A DNA stretch of 64,000 bases from Candidatus Obscuribacteraceae bacterium (GCA_044226015.1 JBGAHS010000005.1:480001-544000), one strand, 5' to 3'; numbered from the stretch's first letter, positions 38,862 through 49,171 are shown. The notes: a model not told the origin generated them from the sequence alone. Numbers and translations: made by a program.

Positions 38862-38987
38862 TCAAATACCTCTAAGCCCTTTTTGAAGGACTGACCGGTG
38901 CCTAAAGAATCGCCAAGCTATGGAAAACGTACTTGATATTCAGTGATAAGGGAACCATCTGCGCCCTAAGATTTATCCATAAATTGA

Positions 38988-41699
38988 TTAATTCTGGATT
39001 TTTGCAGCCCTGTCCATAACCCATTTTGTAATCCTATTTGAATATTTTTGTTTGAACAAAACGTTCAAATGTAGCGTCTCTAGCATACGAGCGGTTTCTG
39101 ACTTGCTATAAGGCACTGGATGAACCTTATGCCATGCTATGACTTTAGCCTCTTTGTCGGGTGTATCATACGTCGAGCCAAAATCGCCAAGGCTTCGCAG
39201 AGATGCCTCGGGAAACTTTTTCATGAGTTCTGCCCAATGCGATGTGATGAACTGGTATCCATAATCTCTTACGTAGTGATTTGATGCAATTTCGGTTATC
39301 AGCATCAGACCCTCCTCCGCACGCACTTTCTTGCTCATTCCGAGCTCAATAGTTCTTTTAGCCAGGTCCAACTGGTGGAAGCTGCTGAGGAAACCTAGAG
39401 CCCTTTCTTCCTCCGCTGGATTTTTTGCGCTCTCCCAGAGCTGTATAAACTTGTCGTAGTCTTCTTTTCCACCGTTGAAAACAACGATTCTTTCGGCCGG
39501 GCTGATGTTGTCTGGCGACACGGAATGCTTATCTTTAAAGTAGTCGCTAAAGACCTTTCGTGCTTCTTTGATTGTTTCGGCATCTCGTCCTATAGTTCCC
39601 AGCAAACCTAGTACGGACTGACGCAGCCTTTTGGTCTGATGCGAGTCATTTTCGCCTACTGTCCAATTGTTTAATTTTGCTTTTAGTGGCAACAGTTTTG
39701 CACGAACCCATTTTGCATACGCCGCGCTTTTCTTCTCATCATCGCGGACATATTCCCAGGGACCACCTACAAGATCTACATAAAATGTGAGCAGCATTGG
39801 CTCATTCTCTTTTTCCAGTACATCGATGAAATTGTAGTAGTCTTCAATAGCAATATCGCCAGGTTGAATCAAGGAAGAATTGTCTTCAAGTAAATTGATC
39901 TTCTCTTCCAGTGTCAGCTTATTGAAGTTCGCCTGAATTTCTTTGAGGTGTGCCGGTTCGTAGCATGCTCGATAATACCCCCGACCCGATGCATTAAGCA
40001 GTAAATTCTTGTCGCTGCCTTCGGTTAGCGAAAAATCTTGGCTGCGCTTTTCTAACAACTCGGTGAAGTGCTGCGACTTTTCGTTGTCCAGTTTGCGCAT
40101 CACTATTGGTATCATCCAAAGCGTGGGATCCTTCTTGTCTTGCCCGAGTTGCAATTGACGATATTGGGTCAGATTGACCTTTCCATCTTTAAGCTTCACG
40201 TTTACCTGAGGATATCCAGGTTGAAACACGAAATTCTTCATTATTGCTGGAACAGGCAACTTGTCAGCGTGATTTGCTATCGCATTCCAGAAATCAGCCG
40301 CGCTGGCATTCGCGAATTGATGCTTGCTTAAGTACTCAGTGACACCAGACTGAAACTTCTTATCTCCGATGTATGTCTCAAGCATCTTCAGCACCGCAGC
40401 ACCTTTGGTGTAAGTGATGCCATCAAACATTTCGACTGCTTGAGATGGATTCGATACGTCAGCATGAATGGCTCGAGTCGTTTTTAGAGCATCTGTCGAA
40501 AGGGCCCAGCCCTTTGAAAAAATGCTATGGGTCATCGCTTGCCATTCAGGATGCAGAGCCTCTTCCACTTTAGTTGCCATCCAGGTGGCAAATGCCTCGT
40601 TCAGCCAGAGGTCATCCCACCATTTCATAGTAACGAGGTCGCCGAACCACTGATGCGCAAATTCATGTGCAGTTGTGCCAAAAACATTCTGCTTTTGCGC
40701 AGAGCTGCCCGTCTTATCATCAAATAGCAGCGAGCTTTCATGATAAGTAACAATGCCAATGTTTTCCATTGCACCTGCGCTGAACTCAGGAAGTGCTACA
40801 AGATCCATCTTCTTCCCCAGGTAGGGAACGCCAAAATAGCTAGATAGGCAATCGAGAATTTTTCCTGATTCCTCCAGAGCATAATGTCCAAGCTGCTCTT
40901 TGCCGTTTACAGCCCACACTTTGACAGGCACTGTACCCGCTTTGGTTTCACCGGTACATTTGAAATCTCCGATAACCATACAAAGGAGATAGGTAGACAT
41001 TTTTGGAGTGTCTTCGAACTGAATTTCTTTTTTTTCGTTTGCAATTTCCTTTTCCGAAGCTATAGGGGAATTTGAAAGAGCAACTAGATTTTTGTCTGTA
41101 ATGATTTTTATTCTAAAAACTGCCTTGTATGCCGGTTCATCGAAACAAGGAAAGACTCTTCGTGCATCGGTTGGTTCCATCTGTGTTGCAGCAACATATC
41201 GGTGCTGCTTATTTTTATCGTTATATCTTGCGCGATAAAATCCGCGCATCTGGTCGCTTAATGTGCCGGTAAACTCAATGTCGAGCATGTAATCAGCGGC
41301 TGGAATTGGTGCTTTTGCCGATAGCGTAACTTTCTCTGTAACTTTGTCGAAGCGAGGCGTAAGCTCAATAGTTTTGCCATGACCTGATTTTGATTTTAAA
41401 CTTGCCTTTGTAATTTGAATCTCAAGCGAATTCAAAACGATTTCGCTGCTTGCCTTTTTCAATGTCAGGTCTATTTTTTCGCTGCCTGTGAAGGTGAATT
41501 TCTCCAGGTTAGGAGCGAACGAAAGCTCATAGTATTTTGGAACAACATAATTAGGAAGCCGATAGCTGCGTTTTTGCTCTTGATTTTTGGAATTGTCAGC
41601 AGCTGCGTTTGCGAATGGAAGAATCGAAAGAAGGCAGCTCAGAGAAAGAACTGTGCTGAGGGAATTCCGTAAAAGCTTGCTGCTACTTTGATTTCGCAT
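38988..41699 (-). CDS. pepN: Secreted M1 zinc aminopeptidase (ERAP1/tricorn F-like type)
   Basis: Signal peptide; YRLP, ATQMEPTDARRVFPCFDEP, GAMEN, HEFAHQWFGDLVT...LWLNEAFA, FDGITYTKG; AGGAG RBS. Confidence 0.93.
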   Translation of the reverse strand: MRNQSSSKLLRNSLSTVLSLSCLLSILPFANAAADNSKNQEQKRSYRLPNYVVPKYYELSFAPNLEKFTFTGSEKIDLTLKKASSEIVLNSLEIQITKASLKSKSGHGKTIELTPRFDKVTEKVTLSAKAPIPAADYMLDIEFTGTLSDQMRGFYRARYNDKNKQHRYVAATQMEPTDARRVFPCFDEPAYKAVFRIKIITDKNLVALSNSPIASEKEIANEKKEIQFEDTPKMSTYLLCMVIGDFKCTGETKAGTVPVKVWAVNGKEQLGHYALEESGKILDCLSSYFGVPYLGKKMDLVALPEFSAGAMENIGIVTYHESSLLFDDKTGSSAQKQNVFGTTAHEFAHQWFGDLVTMKWWDDLWLNEAFATWMATKVEEALHPEWQAMTHSIFSKGWALSTDALKTTRAIHADVSNPSQAVEMFDGITYTKGAAVLKMLETYIGDKKFQSGVTEYLSKHQFANASAADFWNAIANHADKLPVPAIMKNFVFQPGYPQVNVKLKDGKVNLTQYRQLQLGQDKKDPTLWMIPIVMRKLDNEKSQHFTELLEKRSQDFSLTEGSDKNLLLNASGRGYYRACYEPAHLKEIQANFNKLTLEEKINLLEDNSSLIQPGDIAIEDYYNFIDVLEKENEPMLLTFYVDLVGGPWEYVRDDEKKSAAYAKWVRAKLLPLKAKLNNWTVGENDSHQTKRLRQSVLGLLGTIGRDAETIKEARKVFSDYFKDKHSVSPDNISPAERIVVFNGGKEDYDKFIQLWESAKNPAEEERALGFLSSFHQLDLAKRTIELGMSKKVRAEEGLMLITEIASNHYVRDYGYQFITSHWAELMKKFPEASLRSLGDFGSTYDTPDKEAKVIAWHKVHPVPYSKSETARMLETLHLNVLFKQKYSNRITKWVMDRAAKIQN

Positions 41700-41811
41700 C
41701 CTATCACTCCTTTGCTTACAGTGGCTAATTATCCCACAGAGAGATGTGCCGATCTGCTAAACTTGAGTGGCTAAATTACCAACTGATTTGCAAGTCGATT
41801 GCAGATATCCT

Positions 41812-43623
41812 ATGTCATTTTTGATTCAGTGCCAGAAGCTCAGTAAGTCTTACAGGTCTCGACCGCTTTTCCAAAATCTTTCCGTCTCGGTCGAAGAGGG
41901 AGAGCGAGTCGGCATTGTCGGTCCAAATGGGTCCGGTAAATCAACTCTGATGAAGATAATGGAAGGTGCCGTCAGTCCTGATGAAGGAAAGGTAATTTCG
42001 CGCAAAGATCTGCGTGTCTCTTACCTTGCGCAGGAAGATGAATTTGACGAACCCACAGTAGGGGCTGTGCTGGAAAATGCAGTTCGAATTCTGAAGTTGG
42101 AAGAGCATGAGGCGCATACTCGCGTCGAAAAAATGATTTCTCAGTTCGCTTTTTCTGATTCTGGACTTGCTGTCAAGTCCTTGTCAGGCGGATGGAGAAA
42201 ACGCCTCGCGCTTGCCAGAGAGCTAATCAAAGATCCTGATTTATTAATCCTGGACGAGCCTACCAATCATTTGGATCTTGATGGGGTGATTTGGCTTGAA
42301 AAATTCTTGCTGCAGTCCCGATTTGCTTTGCTTCTTGTTTCTCACGACAGACAGTTTCTCGAAAATGTTAGTACTCGCATAGTAGAAGTCAATCCAATCT
42401 ATGAGGATGGCTGTTTAAGCGTGAAAGGCAAGTACAGCGATTTCTTGCTTGCGCGCGAAGAATACATGGTGGCACAACAGCATCTTGAACAGGCTTTAGC
42501 AAGCCAAGTTCGCCGTGAGGTTGCATGGCTTCAACGCGGGGCACGAGCACGACAAACAAAATCATCGGCCCGCATCAAAGAAGCCGGCGTCCTCATTGAT
42601 AATCTCGCCGAAGTAAAAGGGCGTAATTCGCAAAACACTAAAATTGACATAGACTTTGATGCAACAAATAGGAAAACGAAAGAGCTATTGGTCGCCAAAG
42701 GCTTAAGCAAGTCTCTTGGTGGACGAAAACTGTTTTCCGGCATCGATTTAACTCTTCGTCCAGGTACCCGCTTGGGCTTACTGGGCTCGAACGGAAGTGG
42801 CAAGACAACACTTTTGCGCATTCTCACGGGAGATTTGAATGCTGATTCAGGAACCATAAAACGCGCCGATCAATTGAAGATTGTCTGGTTTGACCAGAAT
42901 AGAGAACAATTAGATCAAGAAAAGTCTCTCTGGAAATCACTTTGTCCTGATGGTGACAGCGTGGTTTATCGCGACAGAAGCTATCACGTTTCAACCTGGG
43001 CAAGGCGATTTTTGTTTAAGCAAGATCAGCTGCAATTGCCAATCGGTTATCTATCTGGTGGCGAGCAAGCGCGCATTCTAATTGCCAATCTGATGAAGCA
43101 GGCGGCAGATATCCTGATTCTGGATGAGCCTACAAATAATCTTGATCTACCGTCTCTGGAGGTTTTAGAAGAGAGTTTGCAGGATTTTCCTGGCGCTGTG
43201 GTTTTGGTGACTCACGACCGCTATATGATTCACGCTGTGCCAAATATGGTGATGGCACTTGATGGGAAGGGGTCCGCACATTTCTTTGCGGACTATTCGC
43301 AATGGGAAGACTATTGCGATGAAATTGAGGCGCAGGAACTAAAAGCAGAAAAAGAGAAAGCTGCAAAAGCTGCACCTCAAAATAAGGAACGCAAAGGTCT
43401 CTCAACAGGAGAGAAGAAGGAGCTTCTGGAGATTGGTGACCGTATCGAAAAAGCTGAGACAGAACTCGCGAATATGCAAAAGAAATTAGAGGACCCGACT
43501 ATTTCCTCTAATCATGAAAAACTAATGGAGATACAAAGGCAAGTGGAGTCAGCGCAGGAGAAGGTCGAGAAGCTTTATCAGCGCTGGGAAGATCTTGAAC
43601 AACGTTCAGCAATTACAACATAG
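41812..43623 (+). CDS. uup: ABC-F family ATPase, Uup-like
   Basis: Two NBDs (GPNGSGKST/LSGGW/LDEPTNH and GSNGSGKTT/LSGGE/LDEPTNN), WLQRGARARQTKS linker, C-terminal coiled coil ending LYQRWEDLE. Confidence 0.88.
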   Translation: MSFLIQCQKLSKSYRSRPLFQNLSVSVEEGERVGIVGPNGSGKSTLMKIMEGAVSPDEGKVISRKDLRVSYLAQEDEFDEPTVGAVLENAVRILKLEEHEAHTRVEKMISQFAFSDSGLAVKSLSGGWRKRLALARELIKDPDLLILDEPTNHLDLDGVIWLEKFLLQSRFALLLVSHDRQFLENVSTRIVEVNPIYEDGCLSVKGKYSDFLLAREEYMVAQQHLEQALASQVRREVAWLQRGARARQTKSSARIKEAGVLIDNLAEVKGRNSQNTKIDIDFDATNRKTKELLVAKGLSKSLGGRKLFSGIDLTLRPGTRLGLLGSNGSGKTTLLRILTGDLNADSGTIKRADQLKIVWFDQNREQLDQEKSLWKSLCPDGDSVVYRDRSYHVSTWARRFLFKQDQLQLPIGYLSGGEQARILIANLMKQAADILILDEPTNNLDLPSLEVLEESLQDFPGAVVLVTHDRYMIHAVPNMVMALDGKGSAHFFADYSQWEDYCDEIEAQELKAEKEKAAKAAPQNKERKGLSTGEKKELLEIGDRIEKAETELANMQKKLEDPTISSNHEKLMEIQRQVESAQEKVEKLYQRWEDLEQRSAITT

Positions 43624-43633
43624 GAGCAAAACA

Positions 43634-45475
43634 ATGAAACGGCTGCCAAAATGCGTACTTGCGCTATCACTGCTAATTTCTAGCGTGTTTCAGATTTGTC
43701 AGCCGGTGTTAAGTGCTCCTGACGCTGAGAAGAAATCTTCAGGTGTCGATAAGAAAGCGGTGTCGGATAAATCAGCTGTATCCAAGTCTTCAGCGTCCAA
43801 ATCTTCGGAGTCCAAACCAGTTGCAAGCGCTTCAGCCGTAGATAAGAAAGGCACTTCTAATGGTGACCCATGGTGGAAGCATGCGGTTTTCTATGAAATA
43901 TATCCTCGAAGTTTCGCTGATGGCAAAAACAATGGAATGGGAAACATCGCTGGAATCACTTCAAAACTTGATTATTTGCAGGGGCTAGGTGTCGATGCTG
44001 TCTGGATTACTCCGTGTTTTCCATCACCTCAGGTTGATTTTGGTTATGACATTTCGGACTACAAAAGCATAGATTCTGTGTACGGAAACATGGCAGACTT
44101 CGATAAGCTTATTGCAGAAGCTAAGAAGCGAAACATCAAAATATTGATGGATCTAGTAGTGAATCATACATCTGATAAACATCCTTGGTTTCAAGCATCG
44201 GCTTCTTCAAAAACAAATCCAAAGCGTGACTGGTACATCTGGCGTGATGGCAAAAATGGTGGACCACCAAACAACTGGATTTCATTGTTTGGTCATTCTG
44301 CCTGGAAGCTAGATCCGAAAACGAACCAGTACTATTACCATTTCTTTTATCCAGAACAGCCGGATTTGAATTGGCGCAATCCCGAAGTTCGCAAGGCTAT
44401 GTATGACGCTGTACGATTCTGGTTAGATCGAGGAGTTGCTGGTTTTCGCCTTGATGCTGTAGGAGTCCTATTTGAAGATCCTAAGTTTCCAGACAACCCG
44501 TTGTTGCCGGGTGGCAAAAAGAATTCATATGGAGACCCCGAGACTGAATTTAAATACAATGACCATCTGCCAGAGGTTCATGATGTCTTCAAGGAACTGC
44601 GGGCGGTGCTCGATAGTTATCCGAGCAACCCTGTTCTAATCGGAGAGACAAGTGCAAAGTCGGTAGCCATGCTCAAAGAAAACTATGGGAAGAATCATGA
44701 TGAGATTCAGCTTCCCATGAACATGTTTTTTGCTTATGTAGATAAGCTTTCTGCGCCGGAATTTAGAAAGCAGATCAAGAGTGCTGAAGATATGGCTGGA
44801 CAAGATTGGCCATTGTATTTCTTTAGCAATCACGACCAGGTGCGTCACTATATTCGCTATGGTGATGGAAAGAATAACGATCAAATTGCTAAGTTGATGG
44901 CAACGCTTTTATTGAGCTTGCGCGGGTCTCCGATAATGTATTACGGAGAAGAACTCGGCATGGAAAATAAAGATCCAGTAAGGAAAGAGGACGTTAAAGA
45001 TCCCATTGGAAAGCTGGGTTGGCCAAAATATAAAGGGCGCGATGGCGAGAGAACCCCGATGCAATGGTCGTCCGGAAAAAATGCAGGTTTCAGTGAAAAG
45101 ACGCCTTGGCTGCCTGTGACCGATTCGTACAAGACGCACAATGTTGAGTCAGAGAGTAAAGATCCAAACTCGATTCTCAATTTTTACAAGTCATTGATAA
45201 AGTTGAGACGAAGCAACGATGCCTTAGTTCATGGCACATTGAAACTCATCGACGATGGCAATCCTGATGTTTTGTCTTTCTGTAGAGAAGCAGCAGGCAA
45301 GAAAGTTGTTATTGCATTGAATATGTCGAAAAAGACTGTTTCGTATAAGCTTCCATCCGAGAAGTCAAAAACTATTGCTCCGCTTTTGACAACAATTGCT
45401 GACTGCCCATCTAAAATAGACCCCGAAAAGTTTAGTCTTCCTGCTTTTGCGGTGTTGATAGGTGAGATTAAATAA
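43634..45475 (+). CDS. Secreted GH13 alpha-glucosidase (oligo-1,6-glucosidase-like)
   Basis: AGGAG RBS; signal peptide; WWKHAVFYEIYPRSF, MDLVVNH, QPDLNW, GFRLDAV, IGE, SNHD, RDGERTPMQW. Confidence 0.92.
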   Translation: MKRLPKCVLALSLLISSVFQICQPVLSAPDAEKKSSGVDKKAVSDKSAVSKSSASKSSESKPVASASAVDKKGTSNGDPWWKHAVFYEIYPRSFADGKNNGMGNIAGITSKLDYLQGLGVDAVWITPCFPSPQVDFGYDISDYKSIDSVYGNMADFDKLIAEAKKRNIKILMDLVVNHTSDKHPWFQASASSKTNPKRDWYIWRDGKNGGPPNNWISLFGHSAWKLDPKTNQYYYHFFYPEQPDLNWRNPEVRKAMYDAVRFWLDRGVAGFRLDAVGVLFEDPKFPDNPLLPGGKKNSYGDPETEFKYNDHLPEVHDVFKELRAVLDSYPSNPVLIGETSAKSVAMLKENYGKNHDEIQLPMNMFFAYVDKLSAPEFRKQIKSAEDMAGQDWPLYFFSNHDQVRHYIRYGDGKNNDQIAKLMATLLLSLRGSPIMYYGEELGMENKDPVRKEDVKDPIGKLGWPKYKGRDGERTPMQWSSGKNAGFSEKTPWLPVTDSYKTHNVESESKDPNSILNFYKSLIKLRRSNDALVHGTLKLIDDGNPDVLSFCREAAGKKVVIALNMSKKTVSYKLPSEKSKTIAPLLTTIADCPSKIDPEKFSLPAFAVLIGEIK

Positions 45476-45546
45476 GGCGAAGAGACTGTCGGGGACTGGG
45501 AGCTACTCATATTTGACTTAATCTGCCTTCGTAATACTTTGGCTTT

Positions 45547-46056
45547 ATGTTTAAGCCTGGGTATATGAAAGTGGAAGTCTTGTGTCTAATTTTATCGGTC
45601 ATGATTCAGCCCACAAACTACGATTCACTCAGGTCATGGTATTTAGCAAGACTGCGCAAGTCTGCTATCGAAGCACAGGTATCTGGACAATTAACTCCTT
45701 CAGCTTTAATTGCAGCAGACAGAGAAGTTATCGAAAAGCTCATTGCAGAACGCACTGAAGCTGATGAAAAAAATGAAAACGTAATTGCAAAAAACAGTGG
45801 ACATTTGAAGTTTGCATTTATGCTCTGGGTTTACTTGATTCTGAGCGCAGTGCTCTCTCTCTTCTTATTTTGCTTAGGAGACGCTAGCATTCTAAGCAGT
45901 GTTTTGGCTGTTAGTATGAACCCGGGTAGCTTGAGTCAGACGAATAGTTCGACACCAAATATGGTGGTCATGCTGATTGTCCAGGCGGTTTTTTATCTGT
46001 ATCCGATTACGGTTTTTCCATACATTTTGTTTATGCTAAAGCAGGATGGACGATGA
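45547..46056 (+). CDS. Hypothetical membrane protein
   Basis: Two hydrophobic helices in the C-half; ATGA overlap with the histidine kinase. Start uncertain. Confidence 0.6.
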   Translation: MFKPGYMKVEVLCLILSVMIQPTNYDSLRSWYLARLRKSAIEAQVSGQLTPSALIAADREVIEKLIAERTEADEKNENVIAKNSGHLKFAFMLWVYLILSAVLSLFLFCLGDASILSSVLAVSMNPGSLSQTNSSTPNMVVMLIVQAVFYLYPITVFPYILFMLKQDGR

Positions 46057-47456
46057 AGCTCAGAACTTTAGCAGTTATTGTCGTTGCAGTTTTAGCATTT
46101 GCTCAGACTATAGTTTTGTCACTATTGGCGCAGCCTCTCGCCCATGGCAGTGTTAACTATAATGTTGATGACCCTATCAGAATGATGTTTTTTCTGGCTG
46201 GTTTCTTGGGTTATGCATCTCTTGCTACTGTTTATGTTCTTTTCGATAAAGTAGTATGTGCTCGTCTGCAAATGCTCGGAGATGAGCAGTGGTTGCACAG
46301 CGGGCAGGGGCTAGCGTGGATGAGCGGAGATTCCGAACTTTCCACTATTGCTGCACAGTTCAAGCAATTACACGCACGAAACGCAGAGTCAGCTGAGAGA
46401 GAAAATGTCATTGCCGATCACGCACTTGATTTGATCTGCTCACTTAATACGGGACGAACAATTGTGGCAATTAATCCAGCCAGTCTTGCACAGTTGGGCT
46501 ACGCTCCCGTCACGTTGATGGGACGTTCGTTTGACAAATTGCTTGCTGACGAGGAAATAGCGCGTCTTAACCAGGCACTGGCAAACGCCAGATCTGAAGG
46601 CTCTCCTGCTCAAGTTGATTTACAAATCAAGACGATGCAGGGAGTATTGAAAGACTTCAGATGGACCTGTGAGTGGTCTGAGAGTGCCGGGCTTTACTAC
46701 TGTGTCGCAAGAGATATCAGCTCTCAAAAGCAGCTTGAGAGAGTCAAGCAAGAATTTTTGTCCATGGTGAGCCATGATCTTCGAACTCCAATTACCTCTG
46801 TCAGAGCCTTTATGACACATTTAGAGGAAGGTGGACCGTACGGAACTCTTTCTGACAAAGGAAAGAGGCACTTAAATGGTGTTGAAGAGAATCTGGACAG
46901 AATGATCAAGCTGACTACAGACTTGCTTGACCTCGACAAGCTCGAGGCAGGTCGAATGCAGTTAGACCAGGGCATCATCAAAGTACAGGACCTTTTGAAT
47001 AATTCTGCAAGTTCGGTCAGGCAGCTTGCTGAGCAAAAGCGCGTGGTTCTGCAGGTACAAGAAACGGAACTAGAAGTCTTCGGTGATGTTCATAGATTGA
47101 CACAAGTATTGGTTAACCTTCTTTCGAACGCAATCAAATTCGCGCCTGATGACAGCACCATTGAACTTAATGCAGTTGTTGTGCGCCATCAAGTCGAGAT
47201 ACAAGTCGTTGACCACGGACGTGGCATTCCTGCTCACATGGTTGACATGATTTTTGAACGCTACAAGCAGGTTGAGGTTGCCGATCACACAGTAAAGAAG
47301 GGCTCAGGCTTAGGTCTGGCAATAGCGAAAGCTCTCGTCGATGCGCATAATGGTCAAATTGGCGTGTCTAGTGAAGAAGGCAAAGGAACTAAGTTCTGGT
47401 TCAGAATTGCCAGACCAAAGGGACGCAACACAGCCTCTCACAATGTGGTTAGATAA
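46053..47456 (+). CDS. Membrane PAS-domain sensor histidine kinase
   Basis: Two TM helices, PAS (INPAS..QLGY..LMGRSF...VARDIS), H-box SHDLRTP, NLLSNAIKF, DHGRGI, GSGLGL. Confidence 0.93.
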   Translation: MKLRTLAVIVVAVLAFAQTIVLSLLAQPLAHGSVNYNVDDPIRMMFFLAGFLGYASLATVYVLFDKVVCARLQMLGDEQWLHSGQGLAWMSGDSELSTIAAQFKQLHARNAESAERENVIADHALDLICSLNTGRTIVAINPASLAQLGYAPVTLMGRSFDKLLADEEIARLNQALANARSEGSPAQVDLQIKTMQGVLKDFRWTCEWSESAGLYYCVARDISSQKQLERVKQEFLSMVSHDLRTPITSVRAFMTHLEEGGPYGTLSDKGKRHLNGVEENLDRMIKLTTDLLDLDKLEAGRMQLDQGIIKVQDLLNNSASSVRQLAEQKRVVLQVQETELEVFGDVHRLTQVLVNLLSNAIKFAPDDSTIELNAVVVRHQVEIQVVDHGRGIPAHMVDMIFERYKQVEVADHTVKKGSGLGLAIAKALVDAHNGQIGVSSEEGKGTKFWFRIARPKGRNTASHNVVR

Positions 47457-47615
47457 CAAATATGACGGAATTTCGCTGCTGACAGCTTTTCGAGCCTCGG
47501 CTCAGGCAGATTAGCAAAAATAAATTGGCTGATAAAGCCTGATTAGATGGATGACAAGATCCTCGATCACGCTCATGTTACAATCTGTTCTTTCTGGCTT
47601 GGAGACAGATTTTAC

Positions 47616-48689
47616 ATGCGCGCTCTTTTATTGTTGAGCATATTGATATCGCTAAGTTTGCCATCAGCTGATGCCATTGCAGGTGGTGCTGGCGGCAATC
47701 CAAGCAATTCAGGTGCAAGTTCATCCACAGATTTGGATTTGAAGACTAGCACTCAGCTACGGCTGCTAGAAATGAAGTATTTCGAGCATACTTTTGATAG
47801 CGACAATGCAGAAGAGAGAACCGAGAGACTTGAGAATCTGATTCGTGGTGAAGTAGGTGAAGGAAGTCCAGCGGCAAGAATAAAGAGCATGGTTGATGCC
47901 CTGCAAGCCGATGGAGAGTCACTAGCTCCTCTTCCTACAAGTGCTCAGGCCACTGCGGCTAATCCTTCCAGATCATCGAGCGCTCCTTCTCAAGATAACC
48001 GACAAGCAAGTGCGCCTCGTGCTGGGCAAGACCATGGCGACTACCCACATGTCACCAATCTAGAGCGTGAGATTCTCGGACCTACTTACGAGAGTGATTC
48101 GCTCAGTGCACGTATAGACAGGCTAGAAATGAAAGCCTTCGGTAAGGTCACCACTGGTGGTGACCTCAGCAGCCGTACAGACAGGTTGGAATCGTATGCG
48201 CAAAACACGCTTCACGATAAACCGTTCGCTAACAATCCAGATATCGACAAAACCTACATTATACCGGCGTCGCGCCAATCTTATCCTACTGCTCGTCCAG
48301 ACAATGGACCCAGTATTGCGGATGCTGAGCGTTATGCGGTTCAACATTTCTTTGGGTCGTCTAGAAATATGGGACAGGGCTACAGTCCATCTGTCCCTAT
48401 GGATGCTGCCTCGGACTCCGATGAGCCTGCCAGACCTGCGGAGGATCCCGCTGTTTATGCCAAGACGCCACCAGCTTCAGGGGCTCGCATGATTACTCAG
48501 GTAGGTTGGTGCGAAGTGCAAGTGTTCGGGCATACGTTCCCGAACATGCATTTGACACAGCGGTTGAGACAGTTGAATGACGAAGTTATGCCCAAGAAAA
48601 CTAAATTGACAGACATGCAACTAATGGATGACCTTACTCCAATAATGAACGCGATTGTTGTGCGTAAAACTCAGAAAGCTGGCGCCTGA
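47616..48689 (+). CDS. Secreted hypothetical protein with repeated LExxxF/RxxRLE helical motifs
   Basis: GGAG RBS, ATG 47616 followed by a signal peptide; three or four related helical repeats. Confidence 0.75.
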   Translation: MRALLLLSILISLSLPSADAIAGGAGGNPSNSGASSSTDLDLKTSTQLRLLEMKYFEHTFDSDNAEERTERLENLIRGEVGEGSPAARIKSMVDALQADGESLAPLPTSAQATAANPSRSSSAPSQDNRQASAPRAGQDHGDYPHVTNLEREILGPTYESDSLSARIDRLEMKAFGKVTTGGDLSSRTDRLESYAQNTLHDKPFANNPDIDKTYIIPASRQSYPTARPDNGPSIADAERYAVQHFFGSSRNMGQGYSPSVPMDAASDSDEPARPAEDPAVYAKTPPASGARMITQVGWCEVQVFGHTFPNMHLTQRLRQLNDEVMPKKTKLTDMQLMDDLTPIMNAIVVRKTQKAGA

Positions 48690-48702
48690 TTTCTGTCTGC
48701 TT

Positions 48703-48954
48703 CTATTCTCTTTGAGGCGGGCTAACAGGCTCTTTTGCGTAGCACGCTAAATACCCGCATTCGATACATCTGTACGCGGTGATGAACATTCGCATGTCTT
48801 CATTTGTGGAAACCTTTATTCCGAAAAAGACAGGTACTTCTATCTTGTCGCTAGCAACATTGAATTGACCGTCCTCGAACTTTCCAGGAAGCCAGACTGC
48901 TGAACCTATCAGCCCTGACTCCATCTTTCCTTTACATTGCGGGCATGAGTTCAT
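48703..48954 (-). CDS. Small zinc-ribbon protein (CxxC-xxxM.xG...AYRCxxCG, PF20097/DUF6487-like)
   Basis: CPQCKGKMESG and AYRCIECG; AGGGG RBS. Confidence 0.8.
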   Translation of the reverse strand: MNSCPQCKGKMESGLIGSAVWLPGKFEDGQFNVASDKIEVPVFFGIKVSTNEDMRMFITAYRCIECGYLACYAKEPVSPPQRE

Positions 48955-48967
48955 TTACTTCCCCTGT

Positions 48968-49130
48968 GTCAGTAGAGCTCAGTATTGGATCCATCTGTTT
49001 GTGCGATAACGTTGGATCACTGCTTTTACTTGGGATCATTCACATTTACTTGCTCACTAGTTCATTACTTGATCCAGCTTTTACTTGGTCAGCAGCTCAG
49101 AAATTGGATTCATCTGTTGCGAACATTTGG
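48968..49130. repeat. Degenerate ~45-bp direct repeat flanking four TTACTTG mini-repeats
   Basis: 48968-49015 resembles 49088-49130; TTACTTG at 49026, 49046, 49065 and 49081. Confidence 0.7.
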
Positions 49131-49171
49131 TTGATAGCATATCAGATTGCTTCCGTGCTTGCGTATGAACA

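Noticed and set aside
48968..49130. Possible CRISPR mini-array
   Set aside because: The repeats are short or degenerate with irregular spacing, there are no unique 30-40-nt spacers, and no cas genes are present.
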